DNA of 64,000 bases from Phoronis australis (Eukaryota; Animalia; Phoronida). Made by a program: the position numbers and the translations under genes. Positions 13,640 to 24,600 of this stretch are shown here, in pieces. The notes beneath the pieces are model-generated. The model was given only the letters and a program-made list of their open reading frames with translations, was not told where the DNA came from and ran no database searches. The DNA lies in NCBI GenBank assembly GCA_002633005.1, contig NMRA01000090.1, positions 727,674-791,673 on the forward strand. The letters run 5' to 3'. Within the stretch, counting starts at the first letter, position 1; the number at the start of each line of letters is the position of its first letter.

Positions 13640-14170
13640 CTCCCTCCCTCTCTCTCTCTCCCTCTCTCTCTCCCTCCCTCCCTCCCTCCCTCCCTCCCAC
13701 TCTCTCTCTCTCTCTCTNNNNNNNNNNNNNNNNNNNNNNNNNNNNNNNNNNNNNNNNNNNNNNNNNNNNNNNNNNNNNNNNNNNNNNNNNNNNNNNNNNN
13801 NNNNNNNNNNNNNNNNNNNNNNNNNNNNNNNNNNNNNNNNNNNNNNNNNNNNNNNNNNNNNNNNNNNNNNNNNNNNNNNNNNNNNNNNNNNNNNNNNNNN
13901 NNNNNNNNNNNNNNNNNNNNNNNNNNNNNNNNNNNNNNNNNNNNNNNNNNNNNNNNNNNNNNNNNNNNNNNNNNNNNNNNNNNNNNNNNNNNNNNNNNNN
14001 NNNNNNNNNNNNNNNNNNNNNNNNNNNNNNNNNNNNNNNNNNNNNNNNNNNNNNNNNNNNNNNNNNNNNNNNNNNNNNNNNNNNNNNNNNNNNNNNNNNN
14101 NNNNNNNNNNNNNNNNNNNNNNNNNNNNNCCCCCTCTCTCTCTCTCATCTCTCTCTCTCATCTCTCTCTA
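13640..14170. repeat. (CT)n/(CCCT)n microsatellite flanking a 412-N assembly gap (13718-14129)
   Basis: Seen directly in the sequence. Confidence 0.98.
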
Positions 14171-14234
14171 GCGTGTCACTATGTGGTATTCTGTGCCATT
14201 TTATTTTAGATCCATCTACATGTATGTACTCAGC

Positions 14235-14340
14235 AGTCTGTAGCACGCCCTTGACAAACAGCGTATCGCTCGAAACGTGGGGATATCTAAATATATTTTA
14301 GTACCGTTTTAGTTTTACTGGTTTTACTATTTTTATTGTA
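14235..14340 (+). repeat. Penelope-type terminal repeat with hammerhead-variant motif
   Basis: cccTTGACAAAcAGCG-tat-CGCTcGAAACGTgggg followed by the AT-rich tail shared with the other copies. Confidence 0.6.
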
Positions 14341-14750
14341 ATATCTGTTCTGATGAACTGAAATCAGGTACCGACAAAAAGCCGTGTTTCTTAAACTAAT
14401 CTAAATCTGTTTACAAGAGACTAAACTAACATCCTATCGAAGAGATTTAGTATACCGCTTATGCAATAATGTTCGAGTGTGATAGGTTTGACCTATTAGT
14501 TGGACACACCGATACTCTTAAATCAACCAAGGAGGCATTAACACGTGCCTAACGTTTAAAATTATATTCGTAGTATAAACCCATAAAAAGTGACCGCGAG
14601 TAATCTGATGTGGTGATCCGTTAATCTTAATGTGCCGTCACGTTCTCACCACACCCAACGCAGTCTCAAGATCCACTTATCTCTCATAATCTTGGATACG
14701 ATACGTCACACACGCAAAGCCGTGTACAGTGTATGTACGTTACATGAACT

Positions 14751-14815
14751 CTATAAATGATGAGATGACTGGTTTCCTGGCTAATTGGATCTGACAAGTC
14801 ATTCGGCAGGTAAGG
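14751..14815 (+). promoter_or_regulatory. Candidate TATA box and short non-coding first exon of the peptide-precursor gene
   Basis: CTATAAAT at 14751-14758, then a strong donor CAG|GTAAGG at 14809/14810. The coding exon at 21483 is preceded by an acceptor and needs an upstream exon. Confidence 0.4.
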
Positions 14816-14956
14816 TAAAGCTCCTTCGAATGTGTATACTTTATGTGCATTACTCGTTTCGTTTGGTCTTCAGATTTATAAAAACTCTCGAAATGTTTTC
14901 ACAAGTTTGCGAGTACCACTTGTATTCAGTGAATTTCATCGCAGTAGTACCAAAAA

Positions 14957-15109
14957 CATGGGCGGCGCACCATAGGCGGCTGGGGGGGGGCTATAGCCCC
15001 CAACTTTTTTCAGTGATACACCGCACATGCTCTATAGGCGGTGCACCACAAGTGGGCTGAGGGGGCTTTATTCCCCCCCCCCACATGTTTCAGTGCTGCG
15101 CCGCCCATG
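14957..15109. mobile_element. MITE with 13-bp TIRs
   Basis: CATGGGCGGCGCA ... TGCGCCGCCCATG, with internal poly-G/poly-C tracts, inserted in an A-run. Confidence 0.8.
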
Positions 15110-17339
15110 AAAAACGATTCAGATTCTTTGAACAAACGCTTCGCACACCTCCAAGCCCACTTTTCAACACATTTCGATCACGAAACAGTTTTTTTTCTTT
15201 CCTTTCAATATAGGTGTGAACGTTTCCAGTTGAAAACCCGAAATTTCAGTGGAATCATATTTCAGGCTGAAATTGATAAATGGCTATTTAATGTGAATAT
15301 CCCACGTTTCAACTAAAATTGAAATACAGGTTTTTTAATTAAGTTTTCAATTGAAGCTTAAAACTGAAAACTGACACGCGTACTGGGAAACATCAGCGAG
15401 ACAGAACTGAGGTAAATAACGTCCTTGGACAGTCAATGATGACGTTACTGCTGGAAATTATGGATTGAGTGGCCTAGATAAGTCACAATGTAGTTCATGA
15501 TTTCACCCCAGATGCCGCTACGAGTTCATATAGTGTAATACCTCATGCAGCAAGGATACTGAGGGCAACAAGTCACCGGCAATGTTTTCGTTAAAGTTGC
15601 ATTTCGCCTTGTTTAGATGTCTGAAAAAACGAACATCAAATTAGGACTTTTACTCTGACTCATAAAATCGGTCTCATAACATCCCTTATCCTGGCAGGGT
15701 TATATTCCCGTTGCCAACAAGAACACCGAAACCAGGTGGAACTCAAGAAAATGCTTTTGCAGTACTAATTTGACCATAGATAAAATTTCGAATTTCGAAA
15801 GGATGCATGAACGCATTACCTATGACTTGAGTCGCCTGGTCATTGGACAGTAATTCTGTATCGGGTAAACGTGGTGATGTTTTTGGATTACGGGACATTT
15901 TGGTTGAAAATTCAACAGCGAAGAAATTAAAACTACTCTGATTAAACCAGGTCAACTAATTCAATGGTGGCATGTTTGATTCATGCAATTCTACCTTCAG
16001 CATTCAAAGACTGCTTATGCTGTGTAAATGACACGATTCTCCAAACTAAATGATTTCTTTTCTTTTTTCTACTACTTAAACTAATATTTAACAAAAACTT
16101 AGTAACGAGATGACTACACCAATTTACAACACTATTTGACTGCACGTATTGTATGTCTTATCGAACACGGACCAGCTATTGAGTTTGACACAATCGATGA
16201 TAAATGAGAAAGGTTTGAACAGGCTTATGTTTTAAGACTTAGAATAGGTTTGCTGACTGATAACGTCAACTAAAAGTAAACACAGGTAAAGATTATCTCT
16301 TTATTTGTTAAGTTTGACAAGAGTTTTTGACACAATTTGTAAAGCCGTTGGGAATGATAGCATCGATACGTACCAATTTTTAATCTTGGTGTCGCAAACG
16401 ACCAACACAGCAAATGAGTTTCAGACGACAGTCTGAAATACATTAACGTGTTTGTTGGGGTAATTAGTGAATGTCAAACAAACTGCTGCCACTTGAACGA
16501 CAGTTTTGCTCTGTTGAAGATGTGTCTTTCATCCAAATGTGGCGCTTGTTTTAGAAATACTACTTATCGCGTCGCCAGTGACGGAAATACGTGTGCATGG
16601 GATGTGATTCATTTTCGATTTCAAGGAGAGCATTGGATTGAAGCATATTCAATGACAATGGACCATGAATAAAATGTGCAAAAGAATTTACACCTTTAAA
16701 AAGAGTTGCTCAGACTTTTTCATCAAAAATGTCTTTCTTACGGAAAAATGCTTGTTTTGTTTTTATTTTCGCAAAAAATCTGCGAGACCAGTGACTCTCG
16801 GCTGCTGCAAAGGTTTATGAAACGCCGTCACGAGAACGCATGCATTTCATTCGTTCATGCTGAAGTGCACGTGTAGTTGTGCAACGGTCGCTGAACAAGT
16901 GCTCGCGGGAAAGTCAATGACAGAACTCAGATTACTGTGGCAATAAGATGGACATTTTATTATTCGAGATAGTTCTAGCAATGCTAAATTCAGTGACACC
17001 AGAAAACAATGACACATCAACCGATACCCATAGGCGTTGGAGGGTCTGAATTAGTGCAGGGGGCGAAATAAATGTCAGCCCAACATGATCATCCCTCTTT
17101 CTTGTTCGCCTAAGCATTCCCGTGAGACTTAAAACACTATAGCGGAAAGAGAAGTGCAACTAATTTGACTTCGCCGAACTCTTGTTGCGCCCGTGGTCAA
17201 GTTCCTTCCTATCGCCATTATTTCATCCTCCCCTGGTCGTCGTCAATTTTCCACCCGCTGTCCATAATAGGCGTGCTGTGGGAAGGGGAACATCGGGAAG
17301 GCAGGTACCAGTAACTTAAGCTCCGTGCTTCAACAAAAC

Positions 17340-19742
17340 TTCACGAGGAACCATCCACTTTAGAAAGAGAGTATTATTACCTGTATTCCCAAAAGTGCAG
17401 ACAAAAGTAAACATTTTCTAAAAAACTGGCGTTCTATTTCTCTTCTCAATGTAACCTACAAAATCGCGTCTGCAGCAATTGCGGAACGCATAAAGTCTGT
17501 GCTAGGGAAAATTATTCATGAGGATCAGAGTGGCTACATCCGGGGAAGGAACTTGGCTGATAACATTTGTTTGCTATACGATCTATTCTATTATTCCCAG
17601 AAGCTCCAAATACCTGGGCTACTACTTCTTATAGAATTTGAAAAAGCTTTTGACTCTTTGCCAAATAAAACTCCAAGACAAAGTTTGTCTTGGAGTTTTA
17701 TTGAAAAAGTTTTATCTTTTTTTAATTTTGGGTGGTCAATTAAGAGATGGGTCAAAGTTTTCTACAAAAATATCAAACCGTGTGTTATTGTTAATGGCCA
17801 ACCTTCTCGTTGGTTTAATATACAGAGAGGAGTCAGACAAGGTGATCCATTATCTCTTTATCTATTTCTTATTTGAGCGGAAGTTTTGGCTCTCATGATC
17901 AGACACAACAAAAATATAAGTGGAATCTAAATTATTGATGGTGAGTACTTACTAACTAACTCAATATTCTGACGACATTTTTATTATTTTATATGGCTCG
18001 GAGATGTCTTTACGGTCTACTTTAAATGTTCTAAATATGTTTGCTCATTTCTCCGGCCTCAGGGTCAATATTGAAAAAAACACAAAAGCCATTTGGCTTG
18101 GTAATATGGCTAACAGTGCTGAAAAATATTCTGTCAGAGAACAGTTATCGTGGACCAAAACAAATTTCATGTTCTTGGGATTGATTTCCAAGTCAGCTTA
18201 CATGATATGGCAGATCAGAATCACTTGGCGAAATTAAAAGATATATATAATTGAATTAATTTTGAAAAATTGGTCCAAAAGAATTTTGACACCTTTCGGG
18301 AGGATTACAGTAATCAAGGCGCTTGCGGTTTCAAAAAATTGCACATCTTTCTTCTAATATCATTGCCACAGCCTTCGAAATATATTCTAGAAAAACTGAA
18401 CTCAATGTTTTTTTAATTCCTCTGGCAAGGTCGCAGTGACAAAATAAAGCGCTCCCGAGCTGTTTGTAATTATAATAAAGGAGGTATTAGAATTATTAAC
18501 ATATTTTCATTCTGTAAGGCTTTAAAGATTACCATGCTAACAAAATTTGTAAACGGACAGTCTAAGACGGCCCGTTTGTTTCATTTGATTTTCTGAAATT
18601 AGAAATTTCGCGAAGTATGGAGTTGACTTTCCTAAGATAATTTTGCCTAATATTGACAATCACTTTTGGATAGATTTTTTTTTTTGAATGTGTAATTTTC
18701 TTTGGAAATTGTTTGAAGATCAAAAATCAGATAGATTTTCTTAACCATTCTTCATGGTTCAGCAGTGACCTGCAGGTCGGAACAAAAAGTATTTTCTACA
18801 GGAAAAGGTGCTATGGAGGCATAGTCTTTATAAAGGACTTGTTTTCCCCAGACGGTAATATTTTGAGCTATCGATTTATTGTGGAAGTTTTAGGTTTCAA
18901 AACGAGCTTCATGGAGTATAATAGTCTAATTTCAGTGACATTTAAGTACCAACAGAAATGTGCTATTGATAGAGTTGTTAGTTTTGATGCGTATTGTTCT
19001 GTTATGCCAACAATTTTAATGAAACTGAAAAGTGGTGGGAGAGCTTGTCAACAAATTTCTACACAATTAAATTGTAGATCCGAAGTCTCAAAAGCCGAGT
19101 CAAAAGGGGCCAAAGAACCTAACGTAAATACAAATAATTTTTCATGGGAATATGTTTATTCCCTTCTATATAATACAAAAAGAGACCCAAGAACTAGGTG
19201 GCTTCAGTTCAGACTCTTGACGAGAACTTTGACTACTAACTCATTTTAAAAATAATTCAAGTTACGGATGACGACTCATGTTCCTTTTGTGGTCAATCGA
19301 AAGGGTCTCTGAAACACTTATTTTGGGATTGTGAAACGGTAAATTCATTTTGGACAAAAGTTAATGAAATTTTAAACAAAGCAAATCCCCAGTGTGTCGG
19401 CATTCTCTCCTGCAACAAGGTCATTTTTGTTTTTTGTTTTTTGATAAAAAGGAACATTTCAAAAACGTGGTTTTACTATTGGGTAAACAGTTTATTTATA
19501 CCCAAAAGTTCGGATCAAAAAGATTACTTCTAAGTAGTTTTTTTTTACTTTATCAAACAATATTATATGAGTGAAAAGTATAGTGCTCGTAAGGATTTAA
19601 ATTCAGAATTTGTACAAAAAGATGGTGTAACTTTGAAACTGTTTTACTTAGTAGTCAAGGTGTGGGGTATCCGTGAATGTGGTGTTCTTGTCTTTTTCTT
19701 GTTATTGTGAATGTTATCATTGCCAATAAATGTATAAAAAAG
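17340..19742 (+). mobile_element. 5'-truncated, decayed Tx1/L1-clade non-LTR retrotransposon (RT + zf-RVT)
   Basis: KNWRSISLLNVTYKI, IIHEDQSGYIRGR, EFEKAFD, RGVRQGDPLSLYLF, FSGLRVNIEK, GRITVIK, RTRWLQFRLL..LTTN, CSFC..HLFWDC, with frameshifts. Ends in AATAAA plus an A-rich tail. Confidence 0.92.
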
Positions 19743-20922
19743 AATTACCATGGTTCAGTGAAAATATTTCTTTTGTTCCAAAATATTACAAAACAATTCT
19801 AAGAATGAAATTGGTGCAACAAATGAATTCAAAAATACCAAAAACCAGAAACCTATTTTTTTCAGAGTATTTTGTCACTTATTCAACAGTGTTTGAGGTT
19901 ATATTGATTATTCTTTTATCCCCAAGTAAGATCAATGTTTTCACTATCTTAAGTTACGCACCATTTGATAAAAAATGATCATGTGCATTTTTAATTAATC
20001 AAAATTAAATTAGAATATACAATTTCAATGAAATTTAAATCAATTTCATTCCTGTCAAATAATATAGGAACTGAGAAGCGTTATGTCAGTGACCATCCAA
20101 AAAGAGCATACTCGTATTTTAAACGGTTTTGATGCACTGCAGCGTTGAATAAACAATTATTTTAATGCAAAAAAATTTCACGAGGAAGGTCAAAGGCAAG
20201 TTTTTGGGCATGTACATGCCACACGATTACGCATAGGGTGAAATTTTAAGTTTCATAGGTTGCAAAAAAGATGATCTGCCAAAATCATGATAGCTGATAC
20301 GAAACCTTTGAAACCCCAAAACCCTTAGAAATACGGGAGGAACAGCATTACTCTGGAATTACTGGATGGAACATCGTGGCGGAATTTACTGTTATAGTTT
20401 GGTCTATTCCGGGGAGTGAAAATGGGTCTTAGGGTCAGGGTTCACTTTATTGGGGTCCAGTTTGGGAAAAAATCACTTTATCATTGTTATGTTTGAAGGA
20501 ATAGACTTTGAAAGAGAGCGAGTTCTCGTTGAGTTCAGCGGGATACTGCATCCTATTACACGGAAGTCTAAGACCTAAGACCACGGTTCAGGCCTTTGTA
20601 GCTCCCCAAAACTGCAGAAAATGGGAAGGGTCGGGTTTGACTGCAGTTTTGTGGACTGTGTAGGAAGTGATTGCCATGAATGGTATTCTATAGTTCCTTG
20701 AAGTTGTTTTGAGTAAAATGAATCCAGAAATTTGGTCTGTGCTCTTGTCTATTCGGGATACGAAAGTGTCGCCATTTTCAGAGCACATCTTTGTTGGGTC
20801 TTGAATTCTTGGCGCGAAATCCGGTATACTTCAGACAAGTGGAAATTGTCAAAAATCTGGTTGGTAATAACATGATTTCTGTGATCTAAAGTGTAGAAGA
20901 TTCGGATTATAATCTTCTTTCT

Positions 20923-21160
20923 CATGCGTGCACCCAGGGTGCTAGGGGGTTCGAACGAGCGTTGGCGAAGTAGGCAAAAACGTCCGCCTCATAGAAACAA
21001 AAACTACGAAAAAGTAGAAACGAGACAAAAGTACACTAAGAAAGCAAGAACTTCCGAAATTCACAATTCATAGCTCTGAGAGTACCCCGTAAGTCTTTGT
21101 AAAAGGCCAACATTCTAAAAAATTCGACCCCCCCCGCCCAATTTAAGTTGGATGCGCTTA
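20923..21160 (+). mobile_element. MITE; same family as the inverted copy at 45161-45430
   Basis: Starts CATGCGTGCACCCAGGG. Internal aaaaagtagaaacgagacaaa..tagctctga..acattct is the reverse complement of 45200-45430. Confidence 0.7.
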
Positions 21161-21483
21161 TATTTCTTGTATCGAGGCAGTCGTGGGTTTGTGATTTGAG
21201 GTAAAAAAAGACCAAAATCGCACTTTTTGTCAATTTTGGCATCTCGTTTTTTTTCGGTGGACGTGACGAGGTAAAACGACATGGCTTTGTTGAATTTATC
21301 CATCTTTGAGAAACCCAACAAAGTGTAATCTCTGCCAGTTAAGAATTTTTTCAGGTGTCTTGAGACAGGGTGCAAAGAAAAGTTTTCATTGACCCAGACC
21401 AGTGGTCTTAGTCCTCGATACATCAGACAAATGTTTAGTTCAAATGTATGATCGCCCTCATTAATGCATACGTGTATTTCAGG

Positions 21484-21670
21484 ATGAAACTTTTGGGCGT
21501 GGTCGTGCTGTGTCTTACTTTGCTTTTGGTGACCCAAACATGCCGTGTATCAGGAAACACGCGACACAAGCGAACGTGTCAAACACAGTTGTGCAAGAAC
21601 TTGATGGCAAAATACTTTCAAGAACTCAAACTTACTGGGCATGCCAAGGACGTCGGGAAATTTGGCGATG
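21484..21670 (+). CDS. Main coding exon of the peptide precursor (signal peptide, RHKR, Cys-x4-Cys peptide)
   Basis: Classic n/h/c signal-peptide pattern directly after a splice acceptor, followed by a convertase site and two Cys. Sequence becomes T-rich and intron-like after 21671. Confidence 0.72.
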
Positions 21671-24600
21671 GCATGTTATTTTATTATTGTTTATTACTGG
21701 TCATTGTCTACTCTTTTATTGGTTGTTATGTACTTCAGTCCGTGAAAATATTAAATGAAGATCATTTTCGGAACCAAAGAACCGTACCTTGATGTGGTAT
21801 GTGTACAGCCGTTTCGTCCATACCTCACATACTTGATTTACCGCCGGGTAAGCCTTCAGTCGTTGTAGAATAAAACAATAAAAACACTACCGGGATTCCC
21901 TAATCTCAGGGGGAATCCCCTACATCTGAATGCACTGCAGGTAGATCAAGATCTATCAACATACTCGCTGAAGGTAAAAGGGGGCTGCTGTTGTTATTTA
22001 CAAAGCAGACTTCCAACAGAAATTTCATACACTGCTGGATGATCGCAATACTCATCAGCCACTGAGATCCATCCAAGTTTCAGAACAAGTTTATCAGTTT
22101 TCTAAGAGAGTGGCAACGTACAGATCCTATACCCAAACGTCTGCATGACCGGTTGCACCCCACGGCCTGGGAAGTGCCTAAGCTGTACGGTCTACCTAAT
22201 ATTAATAAACAAGGTGCTGCCCCAAGACCTACATATTAATTGTCACTTACAACGTGGCTAGAGTTTTGACGAACATTCTTGCACCATTGATGAGTTTGTC
22301 TCGTCATATCCGCAACAACGAAGACTTCATCGACAGAATCAGTGACCTCGAGATACCTTCACGACGTAAGATGTTATCCTACGATGTATCCGGTCTTTTC
22401 ACTAGTTGTTCCCACGGAGAAAGCCGTCGCTGTTATCATGTCTCGGTTAGAGAACGACGATGATCTCAGCAGTCGCACCCATCTATCGGTTGATCGCGTC
22501 ATACGACTCTTGCAGTTTTGTTTTGAATACCACTTATTTTGTCAAATCCGAGTAGCGCTCATGGGGTCTCCCATGTCACCCATCGTCGCCAACATCGCCA
22601 TGGAAGATTTTGAGATCCGTGCTATGGCGACAGCGGCAACTCCCCGGTCACAGTGGAGTCGTTATTTTGACGACACCTTCTTATAGTAATCCAAGAAACT
22701 GCTACTGATGAATTCCCGGAACAACTCAACAACAGGATCCATCCATCCAATTTACCCGGGAACTCCAACAAGATGGCACTCTCCCCTCCCTCGATACTCT
22801 CACCCGACTACATGGTGCTGGTTCCATCTCCTCCGTTCACTGCAACCCTACGCACACTGGTGAGTATCTTAGCTTGGCATCGAATCACCATCTGTCTCAC
22901 AAACGATCCGTAGTGCGGACTCAACTCAGCCTAGCCGAGAAACTTGTTTCTGATGACAACAAAAGGGAAGCTGTGGTACGTAACCTGAAACGAGCATTGT
23001 GTGCCAACGGATATCGTGACTGGGTGTTCGATCTACGTAACGAGTAACGGCCACGTCAGTGTGAACCCCCTGGGCCTCCGATCATCAACTTCCCTGTTTG
23101 TATATCCTATGTCAGAGGCGTCTCCCAAAGGATTCTGGCCATCTGCCGTAAACACAACACCAAGTCGTTTCACAAACCGTTTAGCACTATTCGGTCCATC
23201 TTCCCATCTGTGAAAGATGTGTCACCTCCCTCGAGAGGTGTGGTGAGATGTACGAATACAAGTGTGGAGAGTGTACTGACAACTATATCGGTGAGACGTC
23301 CAGGCTTAAAGGCGAATGCCACCCGATTTAATTAGTCTTTTTTGCCGTCTTAATCGGTCTATTTCCACATCGCCTAGCGTACGGTCGACCTTACCTTGCC
23401 AAGAGGTGTCGCGTTAACCTGTGAGGAAGGTGAGAAACGACGCTAGCGACGTCAGTGGTTCAAATGCATAGTTAATGCCGCTATGTTGCGGTGTATCGTT
23501 CCCGCTTGTCCGTACTAAGCAGCTGCGAGGAAAGCGAGTATATCGGGGTTTTTTTTACTTCCTCGAGAGTCTGAAATGCTTAGGAAGTGGCTCATGGTAG
23601 TGAAGAATGAAATGTATGCTGTAAATAGCAAGTATGAGGCCGTGAAACATCTCCGTGTCTGTGACCTGCAGACGTCGACAGTGCCTGACGAATGCCGGCT
23701 TACCAAATAACTCCATACGTTCCGTTGTTCGAATTGATAGCCTGTAAGACTTAACGATCCACCTGCGAAGTCGGGATTGATGAGCTGCTCTAGCTCGTCC
23801 TAAGTCGGGATTGCGAGTTGCCATGTTGACGTTTATTACTGACCGTTCTGTTTCAAAATGAATTATTCTCACTCTAACCAATATATAAAAGTGAAACAAA
23901 GTCTGTCTCATTAGATGTAATTTGAAATGCTTTTGGAGTGTTCGTGAGTGCACGAAATGATTTGAGAAGCCAGCAATGAATAGTCACTGCGTTACTGGCT
24001 TTAGGTGCAATAAAACTAATTGACGGGACACTGAGACCGTGTGAGCTCTAATTTAGTGTTTGCTGGCAGAAACTGTTGTGAAACAACTCGATTTCCACCC
24101 CACGACCAGGTGTTAGGGGAATCTTCATTTACATTTACATTACTCAAATAATGATTGTCAATGTACAACTTCTGCCCTGACGGTGCTGTGGCCAAAGCGG
24201 AACTGAATTCGCGGCCCCCGACGAGTATGTAGATTTGCAGTTTCGTGGCTAATTCACCAACATAATCACGTGCACATTACTTTGGCTCACTAGTATAGTT
24301 TTTTCTTGACTGGAAGTTTAGTTTCCACTGAACTTTGGCTGGTTTGTTCGTGTTTCTGATCAGTTTCCGAGCCACTGGCAGGGATAACGAGTCAATCCGG
24401 CCGGCCGCCGACGGGCCTGATCGGGCTCCGAGCCACTGGCCAGGATAACGAGCGTTTTGTGTTTAGAACTCAGAAAATCACAAGTCTAAACAACACAGAT
24501 CTAGGTTCTCCTGTCTGTATCTCACAGAAAATACTTCGAAATTATCGCCAAACACACCCCAAACTCCTGCTATGGACCTCATTGGCCTGCCGAACTTTGT

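Noticed and set aside
13196-14161. 321-aa and 173-aa ORFs in the ORF track
   Set aside because: Artefacts of reading through the N gap and the (GA)n microsatellite; only the THAP fragment at 13196-13380 is meaningful.
21671-21792. Hydrophobic, TM-like extension of the 114-aa ORF
   Set aside because: T-rich, intron-like composition running into the Penelope terminal repeat; more likely intron, though not excluded without RNA data.
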